From positions 4,030,001-4,094,000 of the forward strand of contig CP089276.1 of NCBI GenBank assembly GCA_023920165.1: 64,000 nucleotides of DNA, written 5' to 3'. The DNA is from Curvularia clavata. Lineage: Eukaryota. Under the pieces are notes generated by a model. The model did not search any database, had not been told where the DNA came from, and saw only the letters and a list, made by a program, of their open reading frames with translations. The position numbers and the translations under genes were made by a program. Each line of letters opens with the position of its first letter. Position 1 is the stretch's first letter. Of the stretch, positions 35,093 to 47,047 are shown piece by piece.

Positions 35093-35950
35093 ATGCTCAC
35101 CTTCAAGCTTGTTTTCGTAGCTGCGACTAGCGTCCTTGGAGCTGCTTTACCCGAACCAACAGCACCCGGCCAGCTGGATCTTCGAGGCGCCAATTGCGGA
35201 AAAGTCAACGGTGCTTTCGTTGCTCTCGAGAAACTTGGTCCTCAGGGCACATCATTCTGTCGTTCTTTTGTGAACATACCGGCAACAAGTACGACAGTGA
35301 CGATTACCACTCCTACGATTGTGTAAGAGCGCGTTGAATAGTGCCTCCTGTTATTTCCATCAAATAGTATGCTGATGATTTGACAGCACCAGTACAACTA
35401 GCACAACAACAGTTACAGTGACCAGTGCCCAATGTCCTGGGCAAAAGCGAGACATACCAGCATCCGATCTGGGTTACGAGATTGAGTACTTCAAGGGAGG
35501 CAGCCGGGTGGTTCAGAGCCGCGCGAATATCTTACCTCAGCTTCAGGCCTTTGGTGAAGCCAAGATATCAGAAGCATGTAGTTGTTTCGACCTGCGACCC
35601 AAGGCTACCACTGTCGCCACAAGCACAGCGCCTGCACCCGTACGTTCGCCAACATCTCTTCCCTACAAGTTTTAGTGTGATTGCTAACGTTGGACAAGAC
35701 AACAAACGTGGTCGCGACATCAACAACTTGCGTTGTCGCTAAACCACCAGTCTGTAAGATTTCTTCGTCCTCCTCCTCTTCCTTCTGTACCTCAGGAAGT
35801 GAGTGCTGTTCGGGATCCTGCACAACACAGTGGACAGGTGGCAATTGCTGTAACCCACCAGGCGGCTACTGCGACTTGTGGGATCCGGCTGGGTGCTGCA
35901 ATGGACTTTGCATTTTCGACCAAGGTACCAACGCGGGATATTGTGGTTGA
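35093..35950 (+). CDS. Secreted Thr-rich protein with a Cys-rich C-terminus (two knottin-like modules)
   Basis: Signal peptide MLTFKLVFVAATSVLGA. Introns 35323-35386 and 35640-35698 join three ORFs in frame. Internal KR site. 12 Cys in the last ~65 aa. Confidence 0.85.
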
Positions 35951-37315
35951 AAATAGAGCCGTGGTACTACCATCACATCTGACACTCGATCCGAAGTGTA
36001 ATTGCGAACTGAAGTGGAAAAAGGTTGGGTAAGATTGGTGTAAGACGACTCGGAAATTGATAGTCCATATGCCAAATCTGGAGTTTCGTTAGTATGATTT
36101 GCTTTTTGCAGCTCCATATGATCTGTAAAAGACGACAAGCGAGATGTCAGTTGTTTAGCGCGACATTGTTTGATAACGCGGAAAGAGACCACATAACGAC
36201 TTCTAGTATAAGCCAAGCGAGGTAATTTTCTGAGATGGGCATTTTCTGGAGAGAAAGCAACGAACATCAAGTAAAAAGGAAGCCATGATGAAATTGTAAG
36301 TTTACGAGCATATATGCGAGATTACGTAGACCTGGTATTCACATAAAACGAGATCGCCTTAAAATTGTAAACTCATCTTAAAAAATGCGGAGCAGCGTCT
36401 AGGGAACCTAGAACAGTAATACACTAAGAAGTCTATAAATGCTTAAAGACAAAACACCCGCCTCATCTAAGATATCTCTGTAGTAGCGCCAGAAATGATA
36501 TTTACAAGGTAGTAGGGTACGGGATCTTGAATCAGCTCTCGTCATGCTATTCTTCTACTGAGGACAAAGATCGCTTAGTAGATCGCAAACATCAGCGATC
36601 CGTGTTCCAATAAACATAGAGAATCTGCACAAGGGCGCCACAAGGATCACTTTCTAGTGGAGCCAACAACCGAAGCCGTCGGATATGTGCCATTCTGGCA
36701 GATGGCCCATTGCTCCTTTCCTTCCGCGTGCAAGGAGCGAGAGAAGGTAATGCAACCATATTAATCGAGCGTCTTGAACGTGTATGATCAAGACATGCGA
36801 ACTTTCCATTCGATGTTTGTGTGTCTGCGAATCAACTACGTTACAGTCGAAAATATCAATCAAATCATTCTTTTATACAGAGAAATGACACAGATTATAT
36901 GCCCGTCCTCCAATCCTAATCCCACACTAACTATGCAATGTCGTCGCACTCCGCCGCACCACTACGCTGCGCTCTTCTCCGCACCCGCAAGCACAGCTGC
37001 ATTGAGAGGAGGGGGTGGAGCAAGCCATGCATGGCGGGTATGCAGGAAAAGCGGCAAGTACACGTTAACTTCGTCATTGCACATTTCCAACTATGCAGCT
37101 ATCCCGCATCGATTCGAATTACGGCATCTAATCTCTAGCTCCCACCTCTCGTTCCCGCGTGCCACCCAAAAAAAGAAAAAGCCGAATAAATCAACAAAAA
37201 TAAAATAATTCAGGGTCTCAGGCGAGGATCGTCGGAGAATTAATTTCTCGTAAGATATGGGATACAGATATAGCAGTGTGTCCCCACCGAAAGCGGCTCC
37301 ATCTCGGTCTCGATG

Positions 37316-38413
37316 CTACAACTTGGCCCGAATACTCGCCCCACCTTGCACGCTCGCACCACTCAATCTGCCGGCCTTGAACTCATCGACAATCTGCTCC
37401 ATAGTGACCCACTCGACGCCCTGATGCGTGTCAATCCACTCGATAAGCCGCTCGTGCAGCAGAATAACCTGCGGCTTGCCGCTAACCTGCGGATGAATGC
37501 TAATTGGAAAAATGAAGCTGCCGTTTCCCGGGCACTCGCGGTACAAGTACTCAAACTGCTGTTTCCACAGACGCTCAATGACATCCGTGTCAACGTAACC
37601 GTGCGTGCTGGGTTGCGACAGCGACAGCTGGAATGGCGGCCAGTCGTCCAGATGCCAGTTCGCTGGTACCTCGACAACGGACGAGGCATGCAGGGTAGAC
37701 ATGGGCGTCATCCAGTGCGAAGCAGGCTTTGAAATGTTTGTCTCCGTGTAGGTGCTCAGATGCGGAGAAGGAAGGTAGTAGGGCTGGCTGTCGTGGTGCA
37801 TGAAGGAGTGGTCGTATTCCTATACTGCGAGTCAGCGCCATTCAGACCCCTAATCCCCATGGTCTATATCGTACGATGCCATACTCCTCGAGTAATTTAA
37901 CCGTCTCCTTACTGGTACTCCACGCCGGTGCTGTCCATCCGCGGGGCTTCTTGCCCACAAAGTCGGTCAGGACTTGGATGCTTTTGGACAAGACGTCGCG
38001 TTGCTGCTGCTCGCTGAGTGTAGATACAAACTCGTGGGTATAGCCGTGTAGCCCTATCTCGTGCCCTTGGTCAACTATCTTGCGGATCTGCTGGGGAAAC
38101 GACTCTGCTGAGTGAGCGGGCGTGAACCAGGTGGCTTTGATCTGGTATTTTGACAATAGCTTCAGCAGGCGGTCAATGCCTACTGTTGCACCGAACACGC
38201 CACGAGATATGTCAGTTGGGTTCGCTGGATCCCCGGTTTTGGTGTTCAACCTTGATTTCTTATCAGAAAGTAAATTGGAATGGTCATTTAGGGTAGTCGT
38301 ACCATCCGCTTGCCTAGCACAAGGCGGCCATTAGTCTAAGCCTACAGCATTCCATGCTTGTTACTCACTGCGTCAACGTCGATACCATATGAACACAGTA
38401 CTCTTTTTGGCAT
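37316..38413 (-). CDS. CE4 polysaccharide deacetylase-fold hydrolase (PgdA/PuuE-like, no signal peptide)
   Basis: MPKRVLCSYGIDVDA, then an 11-nt micro-exon (38313-38303) giving ASGW. Motifs ATWFTPAHS, HEIGLHGYTHE, GWTAPAW, YDHSFMHHD, NWHLDDWPP and IHPQVSG. Confidence 0.92.
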
Positions 38414-39010
38414 TTTGGCGAGATGTATTTTAGTCTTCACTGTACGATTGTATCTTACAATTGCTGGAAAAAAAGCCTAAGCGTTGTAGCCAGTCTCTCC
38501 TGGGCAACGCATCCTTCTTATCAGCCACCCCAGACTCTCCATCCGCTGTAGCCGACAGCACAGCAGCAGATACAACACACCGACACATCACTCGGTTGCT
38601 ACCACCCTGTCACCCTCTCTTCCTACATGAGTGTGTGTGTGGCCCATAGAGCCACTGATATGCTCGAGAATTGTAATGAAAACGGATATGACCATATTAT
38701 ATGTATGCCGGACTAGCTTGCAGCGGCCGAGCCACCGAATTGGTACCATTGCAGCGTATTACGTAGAAATATTCTTTAGCTTATCGTTATACAGGCGAAT
38801 GGAAGCCGTTTTAGTGTCGGACGGCAGGTCAGACGGAATTGAGCGCGCGGGGGGGTGGGGCAGAGGTGCGATTACCGAGGGGCCTGCCCGCCTTGAAATT
38901 GACGTAAACAGCTCAGCAGTGGAAGGGTGGTATGTGTGTGTAGGTTTCTGCTATTTGCTTCTTGTCTTGCTTTTCATATCTTGGAATCGCTAGGTTGATT
39001 TCCTAAGAGA

Positions 39011-40161
39011 ATGTTGTTCGTTGAGTGTCGAGGAACGCCGTACGAGGTTGGTGGTGACGTCATTGCCGTTCCTCAATCCTACGCCTATTTCCAGTGCTGA
39101 CATAGATCAAGATTGGTTACCAGCACGGCCAAGCTGCAAAACTGCAAATCGATCGAAGCATTGAGTTTTATGCGAGTCTTTTCTTGAAAAATTGCAAGCA
39201 AGAATGGCCGCAAGTTCTCCAGCACGCCGCGGTATTTGAACAGCGAGCAAAGGCACAATGGCCAATGTACCACGAAGAGATGGAAGGTATTGCGGCTGGT
39301 TCTGGACGTAAGCTGTTGGAGATTGTGGCATTGAATGTCAGGACGGAGATCAACTTTGGTTTATTCAGCGATGGATGCACTTCGCTCGCATGGCACACAG
39401 GCAACAATGCATGGTTGGCGCAAAACTGGGATGTGAGTGACTTGCCTCCGAAAGAAAATCAAAAGCGAGATTGAAAGCTAACATGGAAAAAGTGGATGAC
39501 TGAGCAGAAACAAAACCTCATAATCACTAAAATCACCCAGGCCAACAAGCCTACAATAGTCCAAGTCACCGAAGCAGGTATTATTGGAAAAATAGGTTTC
39601 AACAGCTCTGGTGTGGGCACTCTGTTCAACGCTATAAAGGTATATGGTGTAGATTCTACTCGAATGCCTGCTCACTTCGGCCTACGTTTGACTTTGGAGA
39701 GCAATTCGGTCGACGAAGCAGTCCGCAAGTTGGAGAATTTCGGAATGGCGTCTTCGGCTCATATCCTTATAGCGGACTCAACAAAAGCGGTGGGTCTGGA
39801 ATTTACGAAGAGTACATTCGCGCACGTGTTGCCAGACTCCACTGGGAGAGTGATTCATACCAACCATCTCCTTCTCGAACATCCTGGCGAAACCGATACA
39901 GTTTGGTTGAAAGATTCGTTGTCGCGAATTCGAACCATGGCCGAGAACGCTGGAGCACTGAATCAAGATCCCAGCTGGGAACAAATAGCCCGTTTATTCG
40001 AAGATGAACAGAATACCCCCAGTTCGATATGCAGGGTTGAGACAGAGGAGACTGGTAGTGGCACACTGTTCAATATTGTAATGGACCTGAGGAACAAAAA
40101 GGCCATTCTGAGAATGGGCCGACCCACAGAGGTAGAAGAGAGTGTCAATCTAGAGCTATGA
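39011..40161 (+). CDS. Peptidase C45 / acyl-CoA:6-APA acyltransferase-like Ntn-hydrolase
   Basis: MLFVECRGTPYE|IGYQHG, EIVALNVRTEI, autocleavage site DG|CTS, AQNWD|W, EAGIIGKIGFNSSG and HTNH. Two introns. Confidence 0.92.
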
Positions 40162-40763
40162 CGTATGTGAATGTTGTTGGTTTTGCGCCACTTTGAAAAG
40201 GGGTAATGGAACTTCGTGTTCTTTTGAACTATGGCTCATCTTAGTCTGTCGAAATTTTGCACTAAAGACGCGCCGTGTACGCCACATCAGCTCGAAACAT
40301 TGCACGACTGTTTCTCCATCTAAGGCTTATGGAGCGACTGCTCAATAACTCCAGATTTGCAACGCCTTTGTGTAAGCGCCTGCCAGATCCGCTGTAGGCA
40401 GAACTCTATGACAAAGTGACAGGCGGGGATCGAGCGGGTACGAAGCTAAGGCCTAGAGTCATTCGCGGATGCGGATATAAGCCAAGTGTCGATCTAATCC
40501 AGTAGGAACTGGGCCGAAGAATGAGGCTCGAGCAGGACACAGATGCGAAACTTTAGGAATCGCGAATAAGAGTTCGTGGAGGAGGAATGATCTTACTCCA
40601 GGAGTACCTCGTTTGCGGAGTTACCGATAGATCTCAATGGCTGTGCCACGGAACTGCAGTGTTCCGTACAGCTGGTTGGATGGCACCTGATACTGTGACA
40701 GCCACAAGACGCAGGGATCCGAGCACCTAGGAGAAGGACTTGGTCGATGCCAGGCTTACGCAT

Positions 40764-42859
40764 TCATGTTGCATCTGAAATCATATCCGTAGTGTCGTTG
40801 ACATTCAGGGAGAACTCGGCGTTCCAGTCTCGAGGTGGTAGATTGTATGCACACGCGCCGACTGGGTCCGCGCCATCGATCTTCGACGTAGTCGGATTGA
40901 ATATTGTCCAAAACTGGTAAGCCTCGTCAACTTCGGTAGCGACAGAAGGTGGCATCTGGTATTCGCATATACTACTCGTGTCCGATGTAGCCTGATGAAA
41001 CGACGGCGGCTGGAGGGTGGCTTTTTGCTCCAGGTACTCCAGGTACTCGGTCTTTACCGGCAATAACAATCGTTCGTACTCTTCGTAACATCTCCTCGCA
41101 GCAGACCATCGCTCTGAGATTGACAAGAAGCATTTTGAGAATACGTTCATCCAATCTTCCACTTGCTGCCAGGGATATTGGCGTGAGATTTCTCGTTTGC
41201 AACGTTGCAGCCCTTGGAGGAATATGAGGGCGCAGTTGAATACATGGTGACAGGGGTGGAACACGTATTTAATCTTCCCGGCCTCTGCTTCGGATTGTTG
41301 AAAGTAGCCATCGGCAACTTTGACGGCATTTACCACCGCGGCCATCATCTGCTCTTTGCTCGGGGCGGGTATTCGGCGTGAGGAGCGATTCAACAACGAC
41401 AAGATGTATGGGGTTGCGATGTCAGAGTACAAGCACATCTCGGTCCATCGTGCATTCAGGCTGCGGTCTTGGTTGGCATTGGCAGCAGCGTAAATCTCCT
41501 GTCGCCAGCTCGTTATATTCTGGACGCATTGCTGCATCCATTGATCCAGTGATGTGAATTCGTCGGGAACGGGATCGCCATGCCACAAAACCGAGATGAT
41601 ATCGGCTTCGATGAGGCGAAACCGACAAATGATGCGCTGAGTGAATTTTGATATCCGTCCAGTAGGCGATATACCACTCTGGCTAATGGCGGTGTCGTCC
41701 AACTCCAGCGGAAAGGCGACTTCTATGGACCGGATGGGCAAGCTTATAGGGCGTAGAAAGATGCAGCATACCCCAACTTCCATTTCCCATGCACACCAAA
41801 ATATACGACGTCGCATGTCACGCCCATATGCAGTGATTTTAGCATCGTTTGGCAGCTCTTGATGGAGACCGAGGTCAATGACTGCCTGACTGATCAGGCC
41901 TGTGAGAAGCCACAAGTCGGCCATCTTCGGGTTCAAGAAGATGTATTGACTCAACAGCAGAATGGCCTGCAACCCAGCAATGTCATTTGTCGCAACTTCT
42001 GGAATCCATTGCATGGCGTGCCGAACAAGCTGGAAGGCGAGATCGTTTGCCTTTCGCACATTGTTCCGTGCACTAGTGGTCAGAGAGATAGCCATGATGA
42101 TACAGACTATGTAGCGATTGCGGAACGAGTCTTCGCCTGCTTCTGGGATCGGGGCGTTCTTGTGGTAGACAGAGTGGAAAGCTGTCGTCACATCATTGCG
42201 ATGGTAGATTGGGTATTGTGTGATGACCCGATCGAGATAATTGCGCAGGAGCTTGTTTGCGCCAACCTCATCAGGCATGAGGTTATAGAACAAGCCTTTG
42301 GTCTGTTGAGGGTTCAGAATCGACCTTGGGTGGTTCTCGTCCAAATCATTGGACGGAACGGGACCCTTCTTTGAGGGTAGCCGTGTGCCCTTGATGACGC
42401 ACTGCAGAAAGGGCCGGGCCTTGCATACACCGAGAAATGGCGGCGTTATGTCCTCCATTACTTGGTTGACTAGGCTATCAGCAAAAGCACATTTCTCTGA
42501 ACGCCACTGCGGGACCTTTGCGTCAGAGACACTGGAGTCTGCAGGCGAAGGCATGGTGGCACTCGGATAAGGCAAGGAGCTCGCATTCGGCTGAGCATTT
42601 TGACTCTCCAACCTGGCGATATGGGCTTCCAGAAAGTCGGCGATGGATCGCGGAGCCTCCTGCTGGGTGGAAGAGTCGAATCCAACGCACTGTACGCCTG
42701 CATCGACGCAGCGCGTGCACGCTGGGACTTTTCCATCGCACTGGCCAAGTCAGTCAATATACAGACATATAAGGAGAATCCGGCATATACAGATAGTTTA
42801 CGTTTCCTGCAACGTGCGCAGGCAAGCACACGGCGGCGCACTTTAGTACGGTTCTGCAT
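40764..42859 (-). CDS. Zn(II)2Cys6 transcription factor with a fungal-specific TF domain (PPR1/UaY-like)
   Basis: ACARCRKRKLS|CDGKVPACTRCVDAGVQC across one intron. Middle homology region AVIDLGLHQE..RRRIFWCAW. Confidence 0.93.
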
Positions 42860-43232
42860 GGTGGAATGGGAGTGGCGTCAGACTTCTATACCACAACGAC
42901 GTGGCTTTCATGGCGCTGAACAAAGAGAAGGAGAGATAGAGGAACAGAGGAAAAAGGAGAAGAGAAGGCTGGATGGTGTTTCGTGGTCACTGAACGAGAT
43001 GCTAGCACACGAAGGCGCACGAGATGATGCAGCCCCCCGTTGATCGCTTCTGGTTCGGGACACGCTTACCAGATGCACTCGTCCCTCACTAGCCCCCATG
43101 GCCGCCTAGGCATCGCATCGCGTTCCGGATTTTGATTTATGGTGACGGGATAATAGACCCCAGCTTAAAGCCCATGTCTTGCTAGGACTTGATCCTTTCT
43201 TTCTGATCTTCGCATATCCCGACCCGACCGTC

Positions 43233-45044
43233 ATGGCGGCCACGGCCAGCGCCTGTTCCCCCACGCTCGATCTAGACGCGCTGATCCAGGTAACCCCAAA
43301 CGCCTCCACTTCTCAGGAGCGTGCACTCAACTTCCCCAGAGTCTCCCCGCATGCAAGCGATGCCGAGAATGTCGCCGTGGCTGTGATACACTGTTGCCAA
43401 AGTGCAGGTATGTTGTCTCGAGTTTTCACACAATACGCCTTCTGCTGACGCCCACAGGCAATGCACAAAAGCTGGCGTAGAGTGCATGTTCTACGACCAT
43501 GGGCGCAACGAATTACTGCCTCGAAGGTAAGCTGATATGCGTGTCATGGTGACTCTGGCTGACACATGGCTAGTTATATTAGCGGGCTTGTGGATCGTGT
43601 GCGGAGCCTGTCAACTGGGTATCCCTCGCCAGCTGCGTCGAGCGGTCCCATGAATAACACCATCTTCTGCACACAGGCAAAGAGAGACTCCCTCGCAGCA
43701 GAAGCCGTGCAGTATGAGCATCATTTTGCAGAGGCTGGAAACAGCTATCGTTATCTAGGCGCAGAGTCATGCTTGCTCAGGTCGCCTAGATTACATGTGG
43801 CGCCTGACATCCGCAGCGAGCAGATCGACGACGAGTTCGACAAGTGGCAGTTCATGAACAAAGACTCCGCTGAAAAGCAATACGAGCTCACGCAAATTTA
43901 CCTCGACATCGTCCAGCCCATCTATCCTATTTTGGAGCCTTCGCTGCGCTATCTTAAGCCCGATCTGCCCAGCGACCTTGATTCGACTGAGCTGTTTTCG
44001 TTGTACATGATTTATTCGATTGCATGTTACATACTCCCTAATACAGCAAAAAAGCAATCACACAGCCAAGGCTGGAATCCTTCAGGTAGGCTTGCATACC
44101 ATCAAGCCAATTCAATTAGATACCGTTCCTTGGCGACACAATATTTCGCAAAAGCTATGGAGCACCTGGATGCGGCAACTCTAGAGCCAAACATTGACAC
44201 GATCCGCTCGATCCTGCTCCTCGCCATCAACAGCTCATTCGACCCGTTGGCAGGCAATATTGGGCAGCAGCTTGCTCTCGCCGGGCGTTTAGCATTCGAT
44301 CTCGAGTCCAAAAACGCGCTTCAAGAACTGGAACCCAAGGACGTTGAAATGTTGCGTGCCATGCACATGACCATCTTCAGCCTCGAAAACCAAATTGCAT
44401 CAACGTTTGACCGACCAGCACTCTTCCCAGAGCCAGTAAGTCTTATCAGTCTACTCGACACCTTTCTTATGTACTTATAAAACCGTAGGAAACAGAGCTC
44501 TGCTTCGACAAAGACAAGCCCGCAGAATACATGTGCTCACTATTCCGCATGCAAAATCGTTTTCGCAAGGGCGATCACGTAACAAAAGAAAACATGAAGA
44601 AACTACTACCTCTCTTCGACGAAAAGGCCGAACTACCGCCCGTCATACGCATCATCCTACATATTACACATCTTCTGCTCAATCCCTGCTGGAGGAGCGC
44701 ATGGCACGTACTGTACGTCTCATCCACCTAATCTCCACAACGAACTCGCTACTAATCACCGCAATAGAAAGTCCGTAGTCAGCCACGGCACTCTCCATAT
44801 CTTCATCACTCCGTACTGGGTCTACTACGCCGCCACCGTCCTCATCGAAAACATGCCAGCGATATTTGGTGGAGACCTCATTCAGCTCTACTCCAATGCT
44901 CTGCTCGTTCTCGAACTCTCGTCTTGGAAGTGGCCGAGCTCAGCGGCCCTCTCGGCGTCGCTCACGGATCTCATGCAGCATATGAAGACGAAGTATCAGC
45001 CGGATTGGTCGGATAGGCTGCAGCCTGGCGGTGTAAGGATATGA
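43233..45044 (+). CDS. Zn(II)2Cys6 transcription factor (multi-exon)
   Basis: The zinc cluster is visible only after splicing. Intron 43290-43339, then SLPACKRCRECRRGCDTLLPKCR|QCTKAGVECMFYDHG..PRSYISGLVDRV. Also YRYLGAES and IFSLENQIASTFDRP. Confidence 0.88.
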
Positions 45045-45478
45045 GTACACGCTTCGCTGGCAGTTTTTTGTTCGCTTCCACATGGAAGTTTTGTTGCACC
45101 AAGCGCACGTCTCTCTTTAGTTTCGACATGATCCATATTCCTAGCATTGATCACATTCTTATGATGAAACGGGGTTTTACAGCGAGGCGTTATGTTTGCT
45201 TTAGTTTGCGTATCAGTGTAAGCTAGGAAACGCAGTGTATATTAGTGGAAATGCATATACCATACTTCTTACGTGGTTGTTTTGTATGCTTGCTTCAGAT
45301 TGTTCACACACGATTACAGCACTTCAATCGTTCGCCCATTCATACATCCTCAATCATGAGGGGGTGTTGAAAGGTCTGTTTTCCACCGGATGCTCGACGA
45401 ACAGGCTCCATAGGCATGACTGATCGCCGTTCAATCAAAGCACGGCCACCGAACATATTATATCCACCACCTACACAA

Positions 45479-46631
45479 CTACAACCTCGGTTCCCCAGCC
45501 TGCTCATCAGGCATATCAGGTATCCTGCCCTCTTGTAGAAGATTCTCATACAGTGCCAGTGCCGCAAGGGTCTTACCATCGCGCGCAGCCTCTCTCCACA
45601 GCGCATCCAGCGGAACCAGCTTCAGCCGTATCCTCTCGCCCTCATGCTCAAGCCCTGTTGCTCGGTCTTTTAGCCACTCCATGTGCGACCGCGACAGACG
45701 CTTCTGATACAAGTATAGTTTCATAAACTCATCGCAGCCGCCTTTTTTGCAGCGGCGAACGCATCATCAGCAAAAGTTTTCTGTTTCCCTTGTGAGATGG
45801 GAAGAATAGAGTCTTACCAGGACTAGGGTACATCGCTGCACGAAGTTGCTCGGTCCCAGACAAGTTATCACTTGATCCTTGTGGCAAGGCTAGTTCAGAC
45901 AAATCCAACAGGTCGCTCTGGTTGACTTCGAGATGCGCTTCTTCTTTCAGCTCTCTTGCCGCTGTCCCCGTAAAGCAGCCCGAGTCGTCTAGCATGCCAG
46001 CCGGGATCTCAGTAAAAGCTAGACTGGAAACTGCGGGCCGTGGTTGAACTGTCAAAATTACTTGCTTTTCAGCTTCGCCTGAGGCATCTGTTGGCTGCAC
46101 AATGACCTTGAATAAAACGGGTAAGTGTCGTTGATGAAGATTTACAGCACCACAGCGAAGAAACAAAGACTGGATACAGAAGCATGGTCAACATACAAGA
46201 ATAGCTACGCTCCCGCCCCGAAGAAACGCAGCTCCTGGAATCCACTCGTCGTCGCCGGGCCCGTTTCTAATCTCGGATTGTATCTTCATGTATCCCAGGC
46301 GAGCATGATTTTCCTTATCGAACCAGTCTACAGACTCGACTGCCAACTCTTCGAGTCGGTATGGCTTCTTGTGAAACGGATGCGCTTCATCTTGCTGCGC
46401 GTCGAGGGCTTTGATAAGTCCCGATAGCCAGTTTCGTAGTGCGGGGAACTTGAAGGCTGGCTTGTCGATAGGGCTATCCAGGAGCTGCGAGAATTCTTGG
46501 GCGGTGAGATTCCATGGGAGATAGACTGGAATTGGAGGGTTGAAAACTTTGTTACTGAACTCTTCGAGGGTGAGCGCAGGGGGTGGCCTTGTTGGCGGTT
46601 TTGTATTAGGGTCGTGGATTTGTATACGCAT
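45479..46631 (-). CDS. Nudix hydrolase (ADP-sugar diphosphatase-like), three exons
   Basis: IPGAAFLRGGSVAIL, Nudix box EIPAGMLDDSGCFTGTAARELKEEAHL, MYPSPG|GCDEF and GERIRLKLVPL. Confidence 0.9.
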
Positions 46632-47047
46632 GGTGAAAGGTTTGCAGTCTGGCTAGGATAATTCAATAGCAACAAGAGACCCAAGAGACTTGTTTCTATC
46701 TCAACCCACGTGACGCCGAGAAGACGTTACTGATGAAATGCAGATTACCGGGCCGTTGAAGCCTATTTGGTGGTAGTAGGAATATGCGGAGTTAGTAGGG
46801 AATGCTCCACTTCCCCCCACCAACCCATGCGGTGCCCCGCCAAAACTTATGCAGGGCAATCATGGGCAAGGGCGACCAGCCGAGCCGTCTCCAACTGCGC
46901 AACCGCCACCCGCCAGACGTCGCGCAACAGATATCCTCGAGCTGCTCCCAAACTTCCCGCGTTTGCTTCGCTGTGATCTTGCATGCATTGCACTGATTCG
47001 CCTCTGCCGATTACACAGTACTCGTATACATCCTCAACCAGTTCATC

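Noticed and set aside
39011..40161. Penicillin biosynthesis gene penDE
   Set aside because: No pcbAB or pcbC in the window, and C45 homologues occur widely outside beta-lactam clusters.
40670..40760. Possible intron just after the stop of the minus-strand Zn2Cys6 gene
   Set aside because: A GTAAGC donor is present but there is no convincing branch site. Cannot be supported without transcripts.
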